Of a stretch of DNA of 64,000 nt, positions 1 through 9,032 are shown piece by piece. The notes beneath the pieces were generated by a model that did no database searches, was not told where the DNA came from, and saw only the letters and a program-made list of their open reading frames with translations. This DNA comes from Candidatus Microgenomates bacterium (GTDB lineage Bacteria; Patescibacteriota; Microgenomatia; UBA12405; UBA6130): assembly GCA_015485895.1 (NCBI GenBank), contig WFSR01000012.1, positions 3,201 to 67,200 of the forward strand. Reading direction: 5' to 3'. Made by a program: the position numbers and the translations under genes. The stretch's first letter is position 1. Each line of letters begins with the position of its first letter.

Positions 1-46
1 AGAAGAAGCATGGCATGACTCATCTTGGCTGAAAATAAAATTTTTT

Positions 47-634
47 TTGGATGACATTAATCAAGAGGAAAAAAGTAGAAAAAAAATTTCTATTTTAAGC
101 GATTTATCTTTAAGACTTGATCCAGAAAAAACAATGAGAAATTTATCAAAAAAATTTGGCTGGCTTCCATTCAACGACAGGTTAATAAAAAACTGGGAAA
201 AAGGAGTCGGAAAAAATCTTTATTCTCCACCATATAAAACCCAAGACTACAAAACTTACAGAAAAAGACTCTTTAAAAATATATGGATAAAAGAGGCTAT
301 TTGGAGCAACTCTTTTAAACCAATAAACCCAGAAAAGGATTCTCCGCGTGATTTAACTAAATTGCCAATAAATATCCGCGATTATTATGCATTAGAAATG
401 CTGCCCACTTACATCTATTTTATTTCTCGTAAAGAGAATGACTCTAAACTTGACTCTTTAGAGGAAATAAGACAAATGGCAAGAATCAATCCAATTGAAG
501 CCTATTTTAATCTCAGAAGAAGTTATCCCCAAGAAAAAAAGCTTCTAAATAAATTAGAAAAGCAAATTAAAAGACAGGCACCTTTCACTTTCTCAATAAT
601 TAAAGTTTATCTGAATAAACAATGGATCTGCTAG
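47..634 (+). CDS. hypothetical protein, first gene of the low-GC island
   Basis: 195-aa ORF with ATG at 47 in the ~33% GC region. No motif I recognise. The island may extend upstream beyond the window start. Confidence 0.35.
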   Translation: MDDINQEEKSRKKISILSDLSLRLDPEKTMRNLSKKFGWLPFNDRLIKNWEKGVGKNLYSPPYKTQDYKTYRKRLFKNIWIKEAIWSNSFKPINPEKDSPRDLTKLPINIRDYYALEMLPTYIYFISRKENDSKLDSLEEIRQMARINPIEAYFNLRRSYPQEKKLLNKLEKQIKRQAPFTFSIIKVYLNKQWIC

Positions 635-1320
635 AAATAGCTTTAAAAAGCAGAAGTTCCGATCGAATAATGACTGCAATTGAAGATAGTTTGCCAAGAG
701 ATTTTAAAGATCGAGCAGGATCAAACAGAGTGTCTATGGCCCAAGAGTTAGTTGAAAGAAAAATAGTCCCCATCGTCATCAAGCCAGAAGGTCTGCTAGC
801 AAATGGATTGGAAGTTGTAACAACCGGATTAAAAAAAAGAGGTGTAAAGATTATTTCAATAGAAATTATTGATCATCCTGATTTGAACACTTGGTTTATA
901 AGATACAGAAACGTAATTGAGCTATATTCTGAAGATTTCGAACCAATCCTCCCAGATCTTGCGAAACTAAATGGGGAAAATCCATGGGGAATAGTCACCA
1001 TAAAATGCGGTCCTGAATTAGATTTAACTAGACTAAAAAAGGAAATCATAGGAGGAAGCGGAGAAGAAGGAAAAAGCTCAATAAGGAGTAAACTTAAATC
1101 CCTGATCGCCAAGGCAGGCTTTTACAATGGAAACAATCCAGCCCTAAGAGAAACAGTCTTTCCAAAAAGAACACTACCCGAAAACCGGAGAACATTTAAT
1201 GGAGTTCATTGTCCTCGAACCACAGAAGAAGCCATAAGAGATTTAGCAATACATCTTGGCGAACCTGACTTAGACAAGTTACTAAATATAAGCACGAAGC
1301 TAACAAAATCTAGATATTAG
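622..1320 (+). CDS. nucleoside diphosphate kinase-like protein (divergent, with insertion)
   Basis: IVIKPEG...G.EVV..GLKKRGVKI resembles the NDK N-terminal I(I/V)KPDG motif. NGVHCPRTTEEAIRDLAIHL aligns to the NDK catalytic-His segment N.VHGSDS.ESA.REI. At 232 aa it is longer than a typical 140-150 aa NDK. Confidence 0.45.
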   Translation: MDLLEIALKSRSSDRIMTAIEDSLPRDFKDRAGSNRVSMAQELVERKIVPIVIKPEGLLANGLEVVTTGLKKRGVKIISIEIIDHPDLNTWFIRYRNVIELYSEDFEPILPDLAKLNGENPWGIVTIKCGPELDLTRLKKEIIGGSGEEGKSSIRSKLKSLIAKAGFYNGNNPALRETVFPKRTLPENRRTFNGVHCPRTTEEAIRDLAIHLGEPDLDKLLNISTKLTKSRY

Positions 1321-1347
1321 CCCAAATTCTTTTTATAATATTCAATC

Positions 1348-1914
1348 ATGAAAAAAATAATCTTTTGGACCAGCAACCCAAATAAATTAGAGGAGATAAG
1401 ACTTTTTCTAAAAGGAACTGACTACCAAGTAACTCAGCCAGAAAAAATAGAAGAAATAAGGGAAATTCAAGCTAATGACCCAATCGAAGTGTTTGAAGAT
1501 AAACTAACAAAGATAAGCAAGCTTGTTTCTGGACCAGTAATAGTGGACGATTTTTCTTTTTCAATTGAAAAACTTAATGGTTTTCCTAGCCCTTATGCTA
1601 AGTATGTGGTAAAAACAATCGGCATAGAAAATATATATAAATTGGCTAAGGGCGAAAAAGCAGTAATGAAGTCCTATATAGGATACTGCGACGAAAAAAA
1701 GCAATGCAGGATATTTGTAGGCAAGCTAGAAGGAAAAATTATCGACAACCCTAGAAAATTCAAGGAAATTAAAAAAAACACTCCTCTAAATAGCATTTTT
1801 ATCCCGAAGGGCGAAAAAGAAACCTTAGAAGAAATTTTTGCAAAAAATAAGAACTTTAAGAATCACCGAAAAATAGCTTTAGAAAAATTACTAAGTTATC
1901 TTTTAAATAATTAA
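1348..1914 (+). CDS. Ham1/RdgB-family non-canonical purine NTP pyrophosphatase
   Basis: N-terminus IIFWTSNPNKLEEIR matches the Ham1 A(T/S)GNxGKxxE phosphate-binding motif. The 188-aa size fits the family. Confidence 0.7.
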   Translation: MKKIIFWTSNPNKLEEIRLFLKGTDYQVTQPEKIEEIREIQANDPIEVFEDKLTKISKLVSGPVIVDDFSFSIEKLNGFPSPYAKYVVKTIGIENIYKLAKGEKAVMKSYIGYCDEKKQCRIFVGKLEGKIIDNPRKFKEIKKNTPLNSIFIPKGEKETLEEIFAKNKNFKNHRKIALEKLLSYLLNN

Positions 1915-1937
1915 TTGTTAAAATTAGTCTAAACAAA

Positions 1938-2564
1938 ATGATTACAATCAAAGCAAAAACTCCAGGTAAAGCATGGCTAAAAGCCTGCAAAACAGTTACG
2001 GAGAAAGGGAAACATATAAAGGATGACGATGTGTTGCTAAAAGAGGTTATTGATTTATTTTTAGAAATCGAGCAAGCCGCAGAAAAAGACTCAATCATAA
2101 AAAAACATGGTGACAAGAAAATAATTAAATGGATGATTGAAGAAAACTTTTACGGCTCTAAATCAGTATTAAATTGGGGTTACTGTTATGGTCTGAGATT
2201 AAGAAATTATCTTGGCATAAACCAAATTGATAAGGTTATAGAAAAACTTAATAAAAAGCCCGAGTCAAAATCAGCAACAATAGTAACAATGGACCCAAAG
2301 GTAGATTTTAGTGGCCATATGCCATGCATTGTCGCCTTAGACTTCAAAATCAGGGAAGGCAAACTTCTAGCTACCGCATTTTTTAGAAGCCAAGACGTCG
2401 GTAAAAAAATGTATGCGGATATTTTAGCCCTAGGAAAAATACAAAAGGAAGTTGCCGAAAAAACAAGAACTAAACCTGGAAAGCTTAAAATTTTCATTTC
2501 TTCAGCTTATATTTACGAAACAGAATTTAATAAAGTTAAAGAATTGCTGAAAAATGTTAACTAA
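1938..2564 (+). CDS. thymidylate synthase / dCMP-dUMP hydroxymethylase-fold enzyme (short form)
   Basis: Three TS-fold motifs are present: HMPCIVALDF matches the P-C-H catalytic-Cys region of ThyA; FRSQDVGKKMYADILAL matches QRS.D..LG.PFNIASYALL; SSAYIYE matches GDAHIY. At 208 aa it is shorter than a canonical ThyA. Confidence 0.6.
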   Translation: MITIKAKTPGKAWLKACKTVTEKGKHIKDDDVLLKEVIDLFLEIEQAAEKDSIIKKHGDKKIIKWMIEENFYGSKSVLNWGYCYGLRLRNYLGINQIDKVIEKLNKKPESKSATIVTMDPKVDFSGHMPCIVALDFKIREGKLLATAFFRSQDVGKKMYADILALGKIQKEVAEKTRTKPGKLKIFISSAYIYETEFNKVKELLKNVN

Positions 2565-3204
2565 AAACCAAAAAAAACAATTAGAAAGAATTCTCGAAAA
2601 GAGTTTTAAGGGGACTTTTGAGCTAGGCGGAGGAAAAGAGTATCGGTTCTTTCATGGAATTCAGGTAGCAAAATTTGCTCTAAAGATAGCAAAAAAAGAA
2701 AGTCTTGATCTGGATTTAGATGCTCTTTTCGTAGCCGCTCTTTTCCATGATGTTGGAAAAATCGAAGCAGTCAACGAAAAGGGAATGATTGATTATCAAT
2801 CACAAGCCAATAAAAACCATGTTGATATTGCTGCTCAGAAATTAGAATCAATAATAGGCAAAGCAATTAAAGATAAAGATCTAATCAGGAAAAGTAGTCA
2901 AATAATCTTAGAAAGCAAAGAGGAAAACCCAAAATTAATAGAGGCCAGAGTTTTAAAAGATGCTGATGAATTAGGTAATTTTGGCTACCTGCAAATCTGG
3001 CGAACCCTTACCTATGCTGCCTTAGCAAAACTAAACTTAGCAGAAGAAATAGAATATTGGAAAAAGGAAGGGGAGGGTAGTCGAAAAAAACTTTTAGAAA
3101 GGCTTCGATATTCAATCAGCAAAAAAGTTGCTAAAAAGAGATTCGAAAAAAGCAAAAAATTCTTTCAGGAACTAGAAAGAGAAGCTCGAGGAGATGATTT
3201 TTGA
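2554..3204 (+). CDS. HD-domain metal-dependent phosphohydrolase
   Basis: H...HD signature LFHDVGK preceded by a His-containing helix (FFHGIQVAKFAL). 216 aa. Confidence 0.65.
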   Translation: MLTKNQKKQLERILEKSFKGTFELGGGKEYRFFHGIQVAKFALKIAKKESLDLDLDALFVAALFHDVGKIEAVNEKGMIDYQSQANKNHVDIAAQKLESIIGKAIKDKDLIRKSSQIILESKEENPKLIEARVLKDADELGNFGYLQIWRTLTYAALAKLNLAEEIEYWKKEGEGSRKKLLERLRYSISKKVAKKRFEKSKKFFQELEREARGDDF

Positions 3205-3213
3205 ATTCGATAA

Positions 3214-4287
3214 ATGGACAAAAATTCTGGAAAGATATTGACTCCGCTAATTAATAAAGCCTTAAAACACAATCAGGAAAGGACATTTTTTTGGCCAAAT
3301 CAAAATCGTGAATGGTTAGATTTTGTTTTGAGTGTAGTAGAAAAAAGGAAAAATAAGCCAAAAAACATTAGAATATTAATAATTGGAGGTGTTTTTTATT
3401 CATGCTATATTGCCGCAAAGGGATACTACACTACTTCCGTAGAAAAAAATCCTCTTGCAAGTATTTCGCAACTATATACAGCTTGGTTAATAGCCAGCGG
3501 CTACAGCAAAAACCAAGCCATAGCTAGATCCTTTTTGCTTGATTTAGTAGGAGAAAGAACAAATCCTCATAAAAGGGAGAGAATAACTATTCCTGAAAAA
3601 AAATATCTCCGAGCTCTGAATAGGTTTAAAAAATTTCTATCCTTAAGGGACATAGAGACAGCTCAAGAAATTTTCAATAAAATGCTTGGAATTACAAAAA
3701 AGAAAGACTGTAAGTCCAAAATTTATTTAAATCTAATTAAAAAGGGTATTGGACTGTCAGGATTTAATAATGCCAGCTTTCGACTACCAAATAAAATCAT
3801 TACCAAAAACATCAAAACCTATTCAGAAAAAAAGCCAGAAAAATTTGATCTTATAATTAGTACTAATGTCATCGACTTTTTTCCTACAGTAGAAAACTTT
3901 CTCTTTACTATATTTCCTTTATTGGAAAAGAATGGTATTTTAGAAATAACAACTTACAACCAAGAATTGAGCAGGAAAATAAAAGACATTTTTCCCGAAT
4001 TGAAAATTAGCAAAAATAGAAAAAGAAGAATAGGAAAAGCGCGTTTATTAAAAAAAATCTCCGCCAATAACTACCTTGAAGTTGAAAAAGACCTTATTTT
4101 GGGAAGAAATGTCTTTCTTATCAGGAGAAAAGAAATTAAAGAGCAATTAATAGAAAAAATCCCCTATTGGGTCAGAGAGCTTTTATTAAAAAACCGCTTT
4201 CACTCAAGCTTTTCTTTATTTAGAGATCAATCTTGGTATTTCTCTATAGAAAACGGAAAATTGACTGAAGTTAAAAAGAAAAAATGA
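3214..4287 (+). CDS. putative class I SAM-dependent methyltransferase-like protein
   Basis: ILIIGGVFYSCYIA glycine-rich motif-I-like segment and DLIISTNVIDFF, LLEKNGILEI motif II/III-like segments. Weak; the family call is by pattern only. Confidence 0.3.
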   Translation: MDKNSGKILTPLINKALKHNQERTFFWPNQNREWLDFVLSVVEKRKNKPKNIRILIIGGVFYSCYIAAKGYYTTSVEKNPLASISQLYTAWLIASGYSKNQAIARSFLLDLVGERTNPHKRERITIPEKKYLRALNRFKKFLSLRDIETAQEIFNKMLGITKKKDCKSKIYLNLIKKGIGLSGFNNASFRLPNKIITKNIKTYSEKKPEKFDLIISTNVIDFFPTVENFLFTIFPLLEKNGILEITTYNQELSRKIKDIFPELKISKNRKRRIGKARLLKKISANNYLEVEKDLILGRNVFLIRRKEIKEQLIEKIPYWVRELLLKNRFHSSFSLFRDQSWYFSIENGKLTEVKKKK

Positions 4288-4853
4288 TCATAGTTCTAGA
4301 GGGCCTTCCTGGAGCCGGAAAAACAACAATAGCCAAACTTCTAAAAAGAGAACATTCTTTCGGAATGGTTGAGCAGATTATAATTGATCCCAAATCACTG
4401 AGAAAAGAGGGGGGAAAATTCAAAAATCCATACTTTGTCAATGATGAAGAAAAATGTTTTCTAGCAAAAAAATTAGCTAACAACCACAAACACGTAGTCA
4501 TGGATCGGAATTATATCTCAACTTTAGCCTTCAATTACGCAGCCAAATTTGATCCAAAAAATAATAGCTCATTCTCTATAGCAAGAAAATGGTATTCCAA
4601 AAATTATAAAAAAACTATTTTCCCTCCAGACCTCTATATTTACCTCCGGACTCCAATTCAATTTTGCTTTAGCAGAAAAAAACGCCGCGAAAATCCTGAA
4701 AATCCCTGGACGGACCCTGATCATCTCAAAAAAATGAAATACTTCTATGAGAATATATTTCCTATAATGGAACCGCAGGTGCCAAAAATAACTATTTCCG
4801 GAAAATTACCAATTAAAAATATCATTAAAAAGATAATCAGATGCTTAGAATAG
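4284..4853 (+). CDS. thymidylate-kinase-family (d)NMP kinase
   Basis: P-loop IVLEGLPGAGKTT at the N-terminus. DRNYISTLAFNYA resembles the Tmk DRY..S..AYQ motif. 4-nt overlap with the upstream gene. Confidence 0.55.
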   Translation: MIIVLEGLPGAGKTTIAKLLKREHSFGMVEQIIIDPKSLRKEGGKFKNPYFVNDEEKCFLAKKLANNHKHVVMDRNYISTLAFNYAAKFDPKNNSSFSIARKWYSKNYKKTIFPPDLYIYLRTPIQFCFSRKKRRENPENPWTDPDHLKKMKYFYENIFPIMEPQVPKITISGKLPIKNIIKKIIRCLE

Positions 4854-5962
4854 CCTACTTTCGAGACGGCCCCTTTTTGCCGCCACTAGAAGGCGGCTCA
4901 GAATCAATCCTAGGAATGATGAAAGGGATCGCTAAAAAAGCCGAAACCGAAGTATTTCTATTTCGCTGTTATCGAGGCTGGGATGATTATCGACTATATT
5001 TAAAGAAGCCTTTTAAAACAATTTTTATCAAGCCAAGCGATTTTTACACTAACTCAAGCCTCTATAAGCATCTAATCAAAAAATACAAAATAAATGTTTA
5101 CCACTTCGATAGCGCTGGGGCAATAAGCATTCAAGCTAATCTCGTCGGCAAAAATGTACTAAAAGTTTGGGAAGTACTCAATGTCAATCATACATTAATT
5201 AAGCGCACTGGAGGAAAAAGAAAAGAAATAAAAAAAGCTATTTTTTATGAATTAGAAGCCGCAAAAAAAGCTGGCTTAATCCTAGCTCGCTCGGAAAAGG
5301 ATAGAGATGATCTAATTAAAATAGGCATCGATAAGAGAAAGATTGCTCTATATCACGGATGCATTAGTCCCCAAAAATATGATTTTGTTCCTTTTAAAAA
5401 GAAAAAGGGGAATAGAATTTTGTTTCTAGGGAATATGTTTTATAAACCAAATGAAGAAGCTGTTAAAATTATTAGAAATAAAATTATTTCACCTGTTGTA
5501 GAAAAAAATCAAAAAGCAAAATTTATTTTTGTAGGCAACTACCCCAAAAACCTCTCTAAAGAGTTTAATAAATTTAAAAACGTTATTTTTACCGGCGGAA
5601 TAAAAGATATAAATTCAGAACTATCAAAAGCAAAAATTGCTCTTGCTCCTCTTAAATCCGGCTCAGGAACTAGGTTAAAAATTCTAACTTATTTAGCCGC
5701 AGGAATACCAACAATTGCTACTAATCTAGCCATAGAAGGTCTAAAAAGAGATATTAAAAAATTCCTAGTTATAGAAGATAATTTTCAAAAATATCCTCAG
5801 CTAATTACGAGGCTATTGAATTCTGGTTTTTCTGAAAAACTACTTCTCGAAGGAAGAAAGTGGGTTGAAAAGAATTATTCTTGGCAAAACGAGGCTCAAA
5901 AAATTCTAAACCACTATAAAAACTTCCTCTTGGGCCCAAATAGAGAATTAAAAATCGTATAG
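4841..5962 (+). CDS. GT-B fold glycosyltransferase (GT4-like)
   Basis: C-terminal domain ALAPLKSGSGTRLKILTYLAAGIPTIATNLAIEGL is the typical GT1/GT4 donor-binding region. It is the last gene of the low-GC island; GC jumps immediately after its stop. Confidence 0.55.
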   Translation: MLRIAYFRDGPFLPPLEGGSESILGMMKGIAKKAETEVFLFRCYRGWDDYRLYLKKPFKTIFIKPSDFYTNSSLYKHLIKKYKINVYHFDSAGAISIQANLVGKNVLKVWEVLNVNHTLIKRTGGKRKEIKKAIFYELEAAKKAGLILARSEKDRDDLIKIGIDKRKIALYHGCISPQKYDFVPFKKKKGNRILFLGNMFYKPNEEAVKIIRNKIISPVVEKNQKAKFIFVGNYPKNLSKEFNKFKNVIFTGGIKDINSELSKAKIALAPLKSGSGTRLKILTYLAAGIPTIATNLAIEGLKRDIKKFLVIEDNFQKYPQLITRLLNSGFSEKLLLEGRKWVEKNYSWQNEAQKILNHYKNFLLGPNRELKIV

Positions 5963-5971
5963 AATCAAAAT

Positions 5972-7096
5972 ATGCGGACGGGAGTAGCGGAATTTACCCT
6001 TGATTATGGCCGGTGCCCGCCGTGGCTTTTCCGGCGGATGGTGCGCTTGGGACGGGCGATTGGCATTGCTATTATCCGCGAATTTGGTCCGGAAGAATTT
6101 TTGCGCCGGCTGGCCGACCCGGTTTGGTTTCAGTCTTTAGGCTGTGTTTTGGCTTTCGATTGGAACGCTTCTGGGTTAACCACGACGACCTTAGGTGCTC
6201 TAAAAGTTGCTTTCCAAGGGCTAGAAAAGGATTTGGGGGTTTTCATTTGCGGTGGCAAAGGGAAAACTTCGCGGCGGACACCGGAAGAAATTAATAATTG
6301 GGGCTGGCAGTTGGGGTTAAATGAAAAGGTGGTCTGGCGCCTGGAATATTCTTCCCGGGCAGCGGCGAAAGTAGACAGCGCCTTAATTCAAGATGGCTTT
6401 CAAATTTACCACCATTCGTTTATTTTTACTAAAACTGGCCATTGGGCCGTGATTCAACAGGGGATGAATATCCAAAAAGGCCGGGCGCGCCGGTATCACT
6501 GGTGGGGCGATACCCAAAAGCAATTTATCGAAGAGCCGCATACCGGGATCAGTTCGCCGGTTGTTTTGTCAACGGTGCTTGATTTGACAGCAAAGAAAAG
6601 CCGCCAAAATCGGCAGGTAGGCCTTGAGGTGATTCAAAAGCCAAAAACTTTTCTCCGTGATTTAAAGGTGTTAACGGTAAAGTCGGGGGATTGGCAGTTT
6701 CGGGTTATGTCTCTGCCGGGGATCGAGTTTCATCATCATCCGGTAGAAAATGAATTCTTGTCGCCTCAATTGCGCCGGGCAGTAAATCAGGCTTTAATTC
6801 GCCAACCGACTACTTTTGAAAAGTTGTTGATGACCCCTGGGGTAGGGCCAAGAACGATTCGGGCTATTTCCCTGGTAGCCGAAATTATTTATGGGGCTAA
6901 ACCTTCTTACGAGGATCCGGCGCGCTATACTTTTGCTCATGGCGGCAAAGACGGGACGCCTTACTTTGTGGACCGCCAACAATATGATCGCACTTTAGCT
7001 ATTATTGAAAAAGCTTTACGCCAGAGCCACTGGCTACTTTTTCGGGAGCGCAGTCAGGCCTTACAACGCGCCACCCAAGTCTTTCATACTTCATGA
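5972..7096 (+). CDS. DUF763-family protein
   Basis: N-terminus MRTGVAEFTLDYGRCPPWLFRRMVRLGRAI matches the conserved start I recall for DUF763 proteins (mostly archaeal). High GC (~57%), distinct from both the island and the backbone. Confidence 0.5.
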   Translation: MRTGVAEFTLDYGRCPPWLFRRMVRLGRAIGIAIIREFGPEEFLRRLADPVWFQSLGCVLAFDWNASGLTTTTLGALKVAFQGLEKDLGVFICGGKGKTSRRTPEEINNWGWQLGLNEKVVWRLEYSSRAAAKVDSALIQDGFQIYHHSFIFTKTGHWAVIQQGMNIQKGRARRYHWWGDTQKQFIEEPHTGISSPVVLSTVLDLTAKKSRQNRQVGLEVIQKPKTFLRDLKVLTVKSGDWQFRVMSLPGIEFHHHPVENEFLSPQLRRAVNQALIRQPTTFEKLLMTPGVGPRTIRAISLVAEIIYGAKPSYEDPARYTFAHGGKDGTPYFVDRQQYDRTLAIIEKALRQSHWLLFRERSQALQRATQVFHTS

Positions 7097-7332
7097 TAGT
7101 TTGTTGTGAATTGTGAATAGGTGAACCAGGAAGAGTGGAGTTTTTAATAAATGACGCGTTGCTGCTAGAGTCGCCAGCATCAGCTCCTCCGACATGGCGT
7201 CGGAGCGGGTCTGATGGCTGGTTCCTCCTTTCGGCATGAATTAAACATCTGCTCGGGAATACCAAGTGTAAATTTGGTATAGTGCCACCCAAGTCTTTAC
7301 CCGCCCGCGGTAATTGGCTATAATCAACCATA

Positions 7333-7623
7333 ATGAAAAAGGATGGCCTTGATATTAAATATCTAGCCCAATTGGCCCAAATTCATCTTAGTAGTCAAGA
7401 AGAGAAGCAATTGGATAAAGATTTGCAAAATATCCTTCATTTTATTGCCATTATCCGTCGGGTAAATACCAAAGAAGTGGAACCCACTTTCCAGGTTGCC
7501 AAAGACGTGCAGATGAGCCGCCCGGACCAAAAAGAAAAGTCGTTACCGCGGGAAGCAGCCTTGCAAAATGCTCCCCAGCAAAAGAATGGCTATTTTATCA
7601 GCAAACCTATTGGCTGGAAATGA
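7333..7623 (+). CDS. gatC: Asp/Glu-tRNA amidotransferase subunit C
   Basis: 96 aa with the typical GatC N-terminus (IKYLAQLAQIHLSSQEEKQL). It sits directly upstream of gatA with a 4-nt overlap. Confidence 0.8.
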   Translation: MKKDGLDIKYLAQLAQIHLSSQEEKQLDKDLQNILHFIAIIRRVNTKEVEPTFQVAKDVQMSRPDQKEKSLPREAALQNAPQQKNGYFISKPIGWK

Positions 7624-9032
7624 AATCACTTTGTCAATTGCCATTATTGGAATTACGGAAAAAGCTTGGGGCGAAAAAGCTAAGCCCCCAAGAGCTTTGG
7701 GCTGAGTGCCAAAAAGCGATTGCGGAGAAGGATGGAAAAATTCATGCCTTTCTGACCCATATTTTACAGTTACAATTACCAGCGGAATGGCAAAAAACCG
7801 AATTAAAGGGCATCCCCTTCGCAGTTAAAGATAATCTTTCGACAGCTAATTTACTAACGACGGCCGGGTCGCAAATTTTGAAAGGCTACCGGCCGCCTTA
7901 TACGGCTACGGTAGTAGAACGGCTGCAAAAAGCCGGCGGTGTGATTTTGGGGAAAACTAATTGTGACGCTTTTGCCTTTGGGGCGTCGGGGGAAAACTCT
8001 GGTTACGGGCCGACCCATAACCCCTATGATTTAAGCCGCGTGCCAGGGGGATCGTCAAGCGGATCGGCGGCGGCCGTAGCGGCGGGGATGGCAGTTTTTG
8101 CCCTGGGAACAGATACCGGCGGTTCGATCCGCCAGCCAGCGGCTTTTTGTGGGGTAGTCGGATTAAAGCCAACTTACGGCCGCTGTTCGCGTTGGGGGTT
8201 GATTGCGATGGGGTCGTCTTTTGATGTGCCTGGGCCGTTGACCCGAACCGTAGCCGATGCCGCTTTTCTTTTAGGACTAATGGCCGGTTACGACAAACGT
8301 GATGCCACTAGCAGCCAAACACCGGTTGAAAATTATTTGGCAGCTTTGAATGGCAGTTCGGTGCGAGGCTTGCGGGTTGGTTTGGTAGAAGAATTTTTCC
8401 AACATGGTTTGCAGCCGGAAATTAAGAAAGCCGTCATGCGGGTAGCGGATGTTTTAGCCAACAACGGCGCCAAACTGGTTAGAGTACATTTACCCCATCT
8501 TGAGGAGGCGTTGGCGGTTTATTATGTATTGGTACCGGCAGAAATTAGTTCCAACATGGCCCGTTATGATGGTATTCGTTTTGGCTGGCAATCAAAACGG
8601 GGCAAAACAGCGGCGGCAGTAACTGCTTTTAGCCGTGCGGAGGGATTTGAAATGGAGGTAAAGCGACGCATCTTAACCGGCACCTATGTGCTTTCTGCTG
8701 GATACTATGATGCTTACTATCTTCAAGCTTCTCGAGTGCGGACTTTAGTTATCCGGGATTTCCAGGAACTTTTTAATAAGGTTGATGTTCTCTTGGGACC
8801 AACAACGCCGACAACTGCTTTTAAATTAGGTGAAAAAACTGCCGATCCAGTGGCAATGTATCTTTCCGACATTTTTACTGTGCCCGCTAACGTGGCTGGC
8901 TTGCCAGCCATTTCCTTGCCCTTTGGCCGTGACCAAAAAAATTTGCCAATTGGCGTTCAACTTATTGGTAATCGGTTTCAGGAAGGGGAAATTTTACGGG
9001 TTGCCCATTTTTTGGAGAATTATGCTTGCTGA
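7620..9032 (+). CDS. gatA: Asp/Glu-tRNA amidotransferase subunit A (amidase family)
   Basis: Amidase signature GGSSSGSAAAVAAG and a Ser-cisSer-Lys region. 470 aa. Confidence 0.9.
   Translation: MKSLCQLPLLELRKKLGAKKLSPQELWAECQKAIAEKDGKIHAFLTHILQLQLPAEWQKTELKGIPFAVKDNLSTANLLTTAGSQILKGYRPPYTATVVERLQKAGGVILGKTNCDAFAFGASGENSGYGPTHNPYDLSRVPGGSSSGSAAAVAAGMAVFALGTDTGGSIRQPAAFCGVVGLKPTYGRCSRWGLIAMGSSFDVPGPLTRTVADAAFLLGLMAGYDKRDATSSQTPVENYLAALNGSSVRGLRVGLVEEFFQHGLQPEIKKAVMRVADVLANNGAKLVRVHLPHLEEALAVYYVLVPAEISSNMARYDGIRFGWQSKRGKTAAAVTAFSRAEGFEMEVKRRILTGTYVLSAGYYDAYYLQASRVRTLVIRDFQELFNKVDVLLGPTTPTTAFKLGEKTADPVAMYLSDIFTVPANVAGLPAISLPFGRDQKNLPIGVQLIGNRFQEGEILRVAHFLENYAC

Noticed and set aside
6013-6294. 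93-aa alternative-frame ORF inside the DUF763 gene
   Set aside because: Same strand and a different frame from the long conserved ORF; Arg/Gly-rich as expected from frame-shifted GC-rich coding sequence.
7100-7330. Spacer upstream of gatC as tmRNA, RNase P RNA or SRP RNA
   Set aside because: It lacks the tRNA-like T-arm/CCA end of tmRNA, the conserved GGAAAG/ACAGAA blocks of RNase P RNA, and the SRP helix-8 GGAAG...AGCAGCC motif. It is kept only as an unassigned structured spacer.
7002-7331. 109-aa minus-strand ORF in the DUF763-gatC spacer
   Set aside because: It lies entirely in a GC-rich, hairpin-forming non-coding spacer. It has no start context or protein-like motifs. It overlaps the direct repeat, so it is probably a chance ORF.
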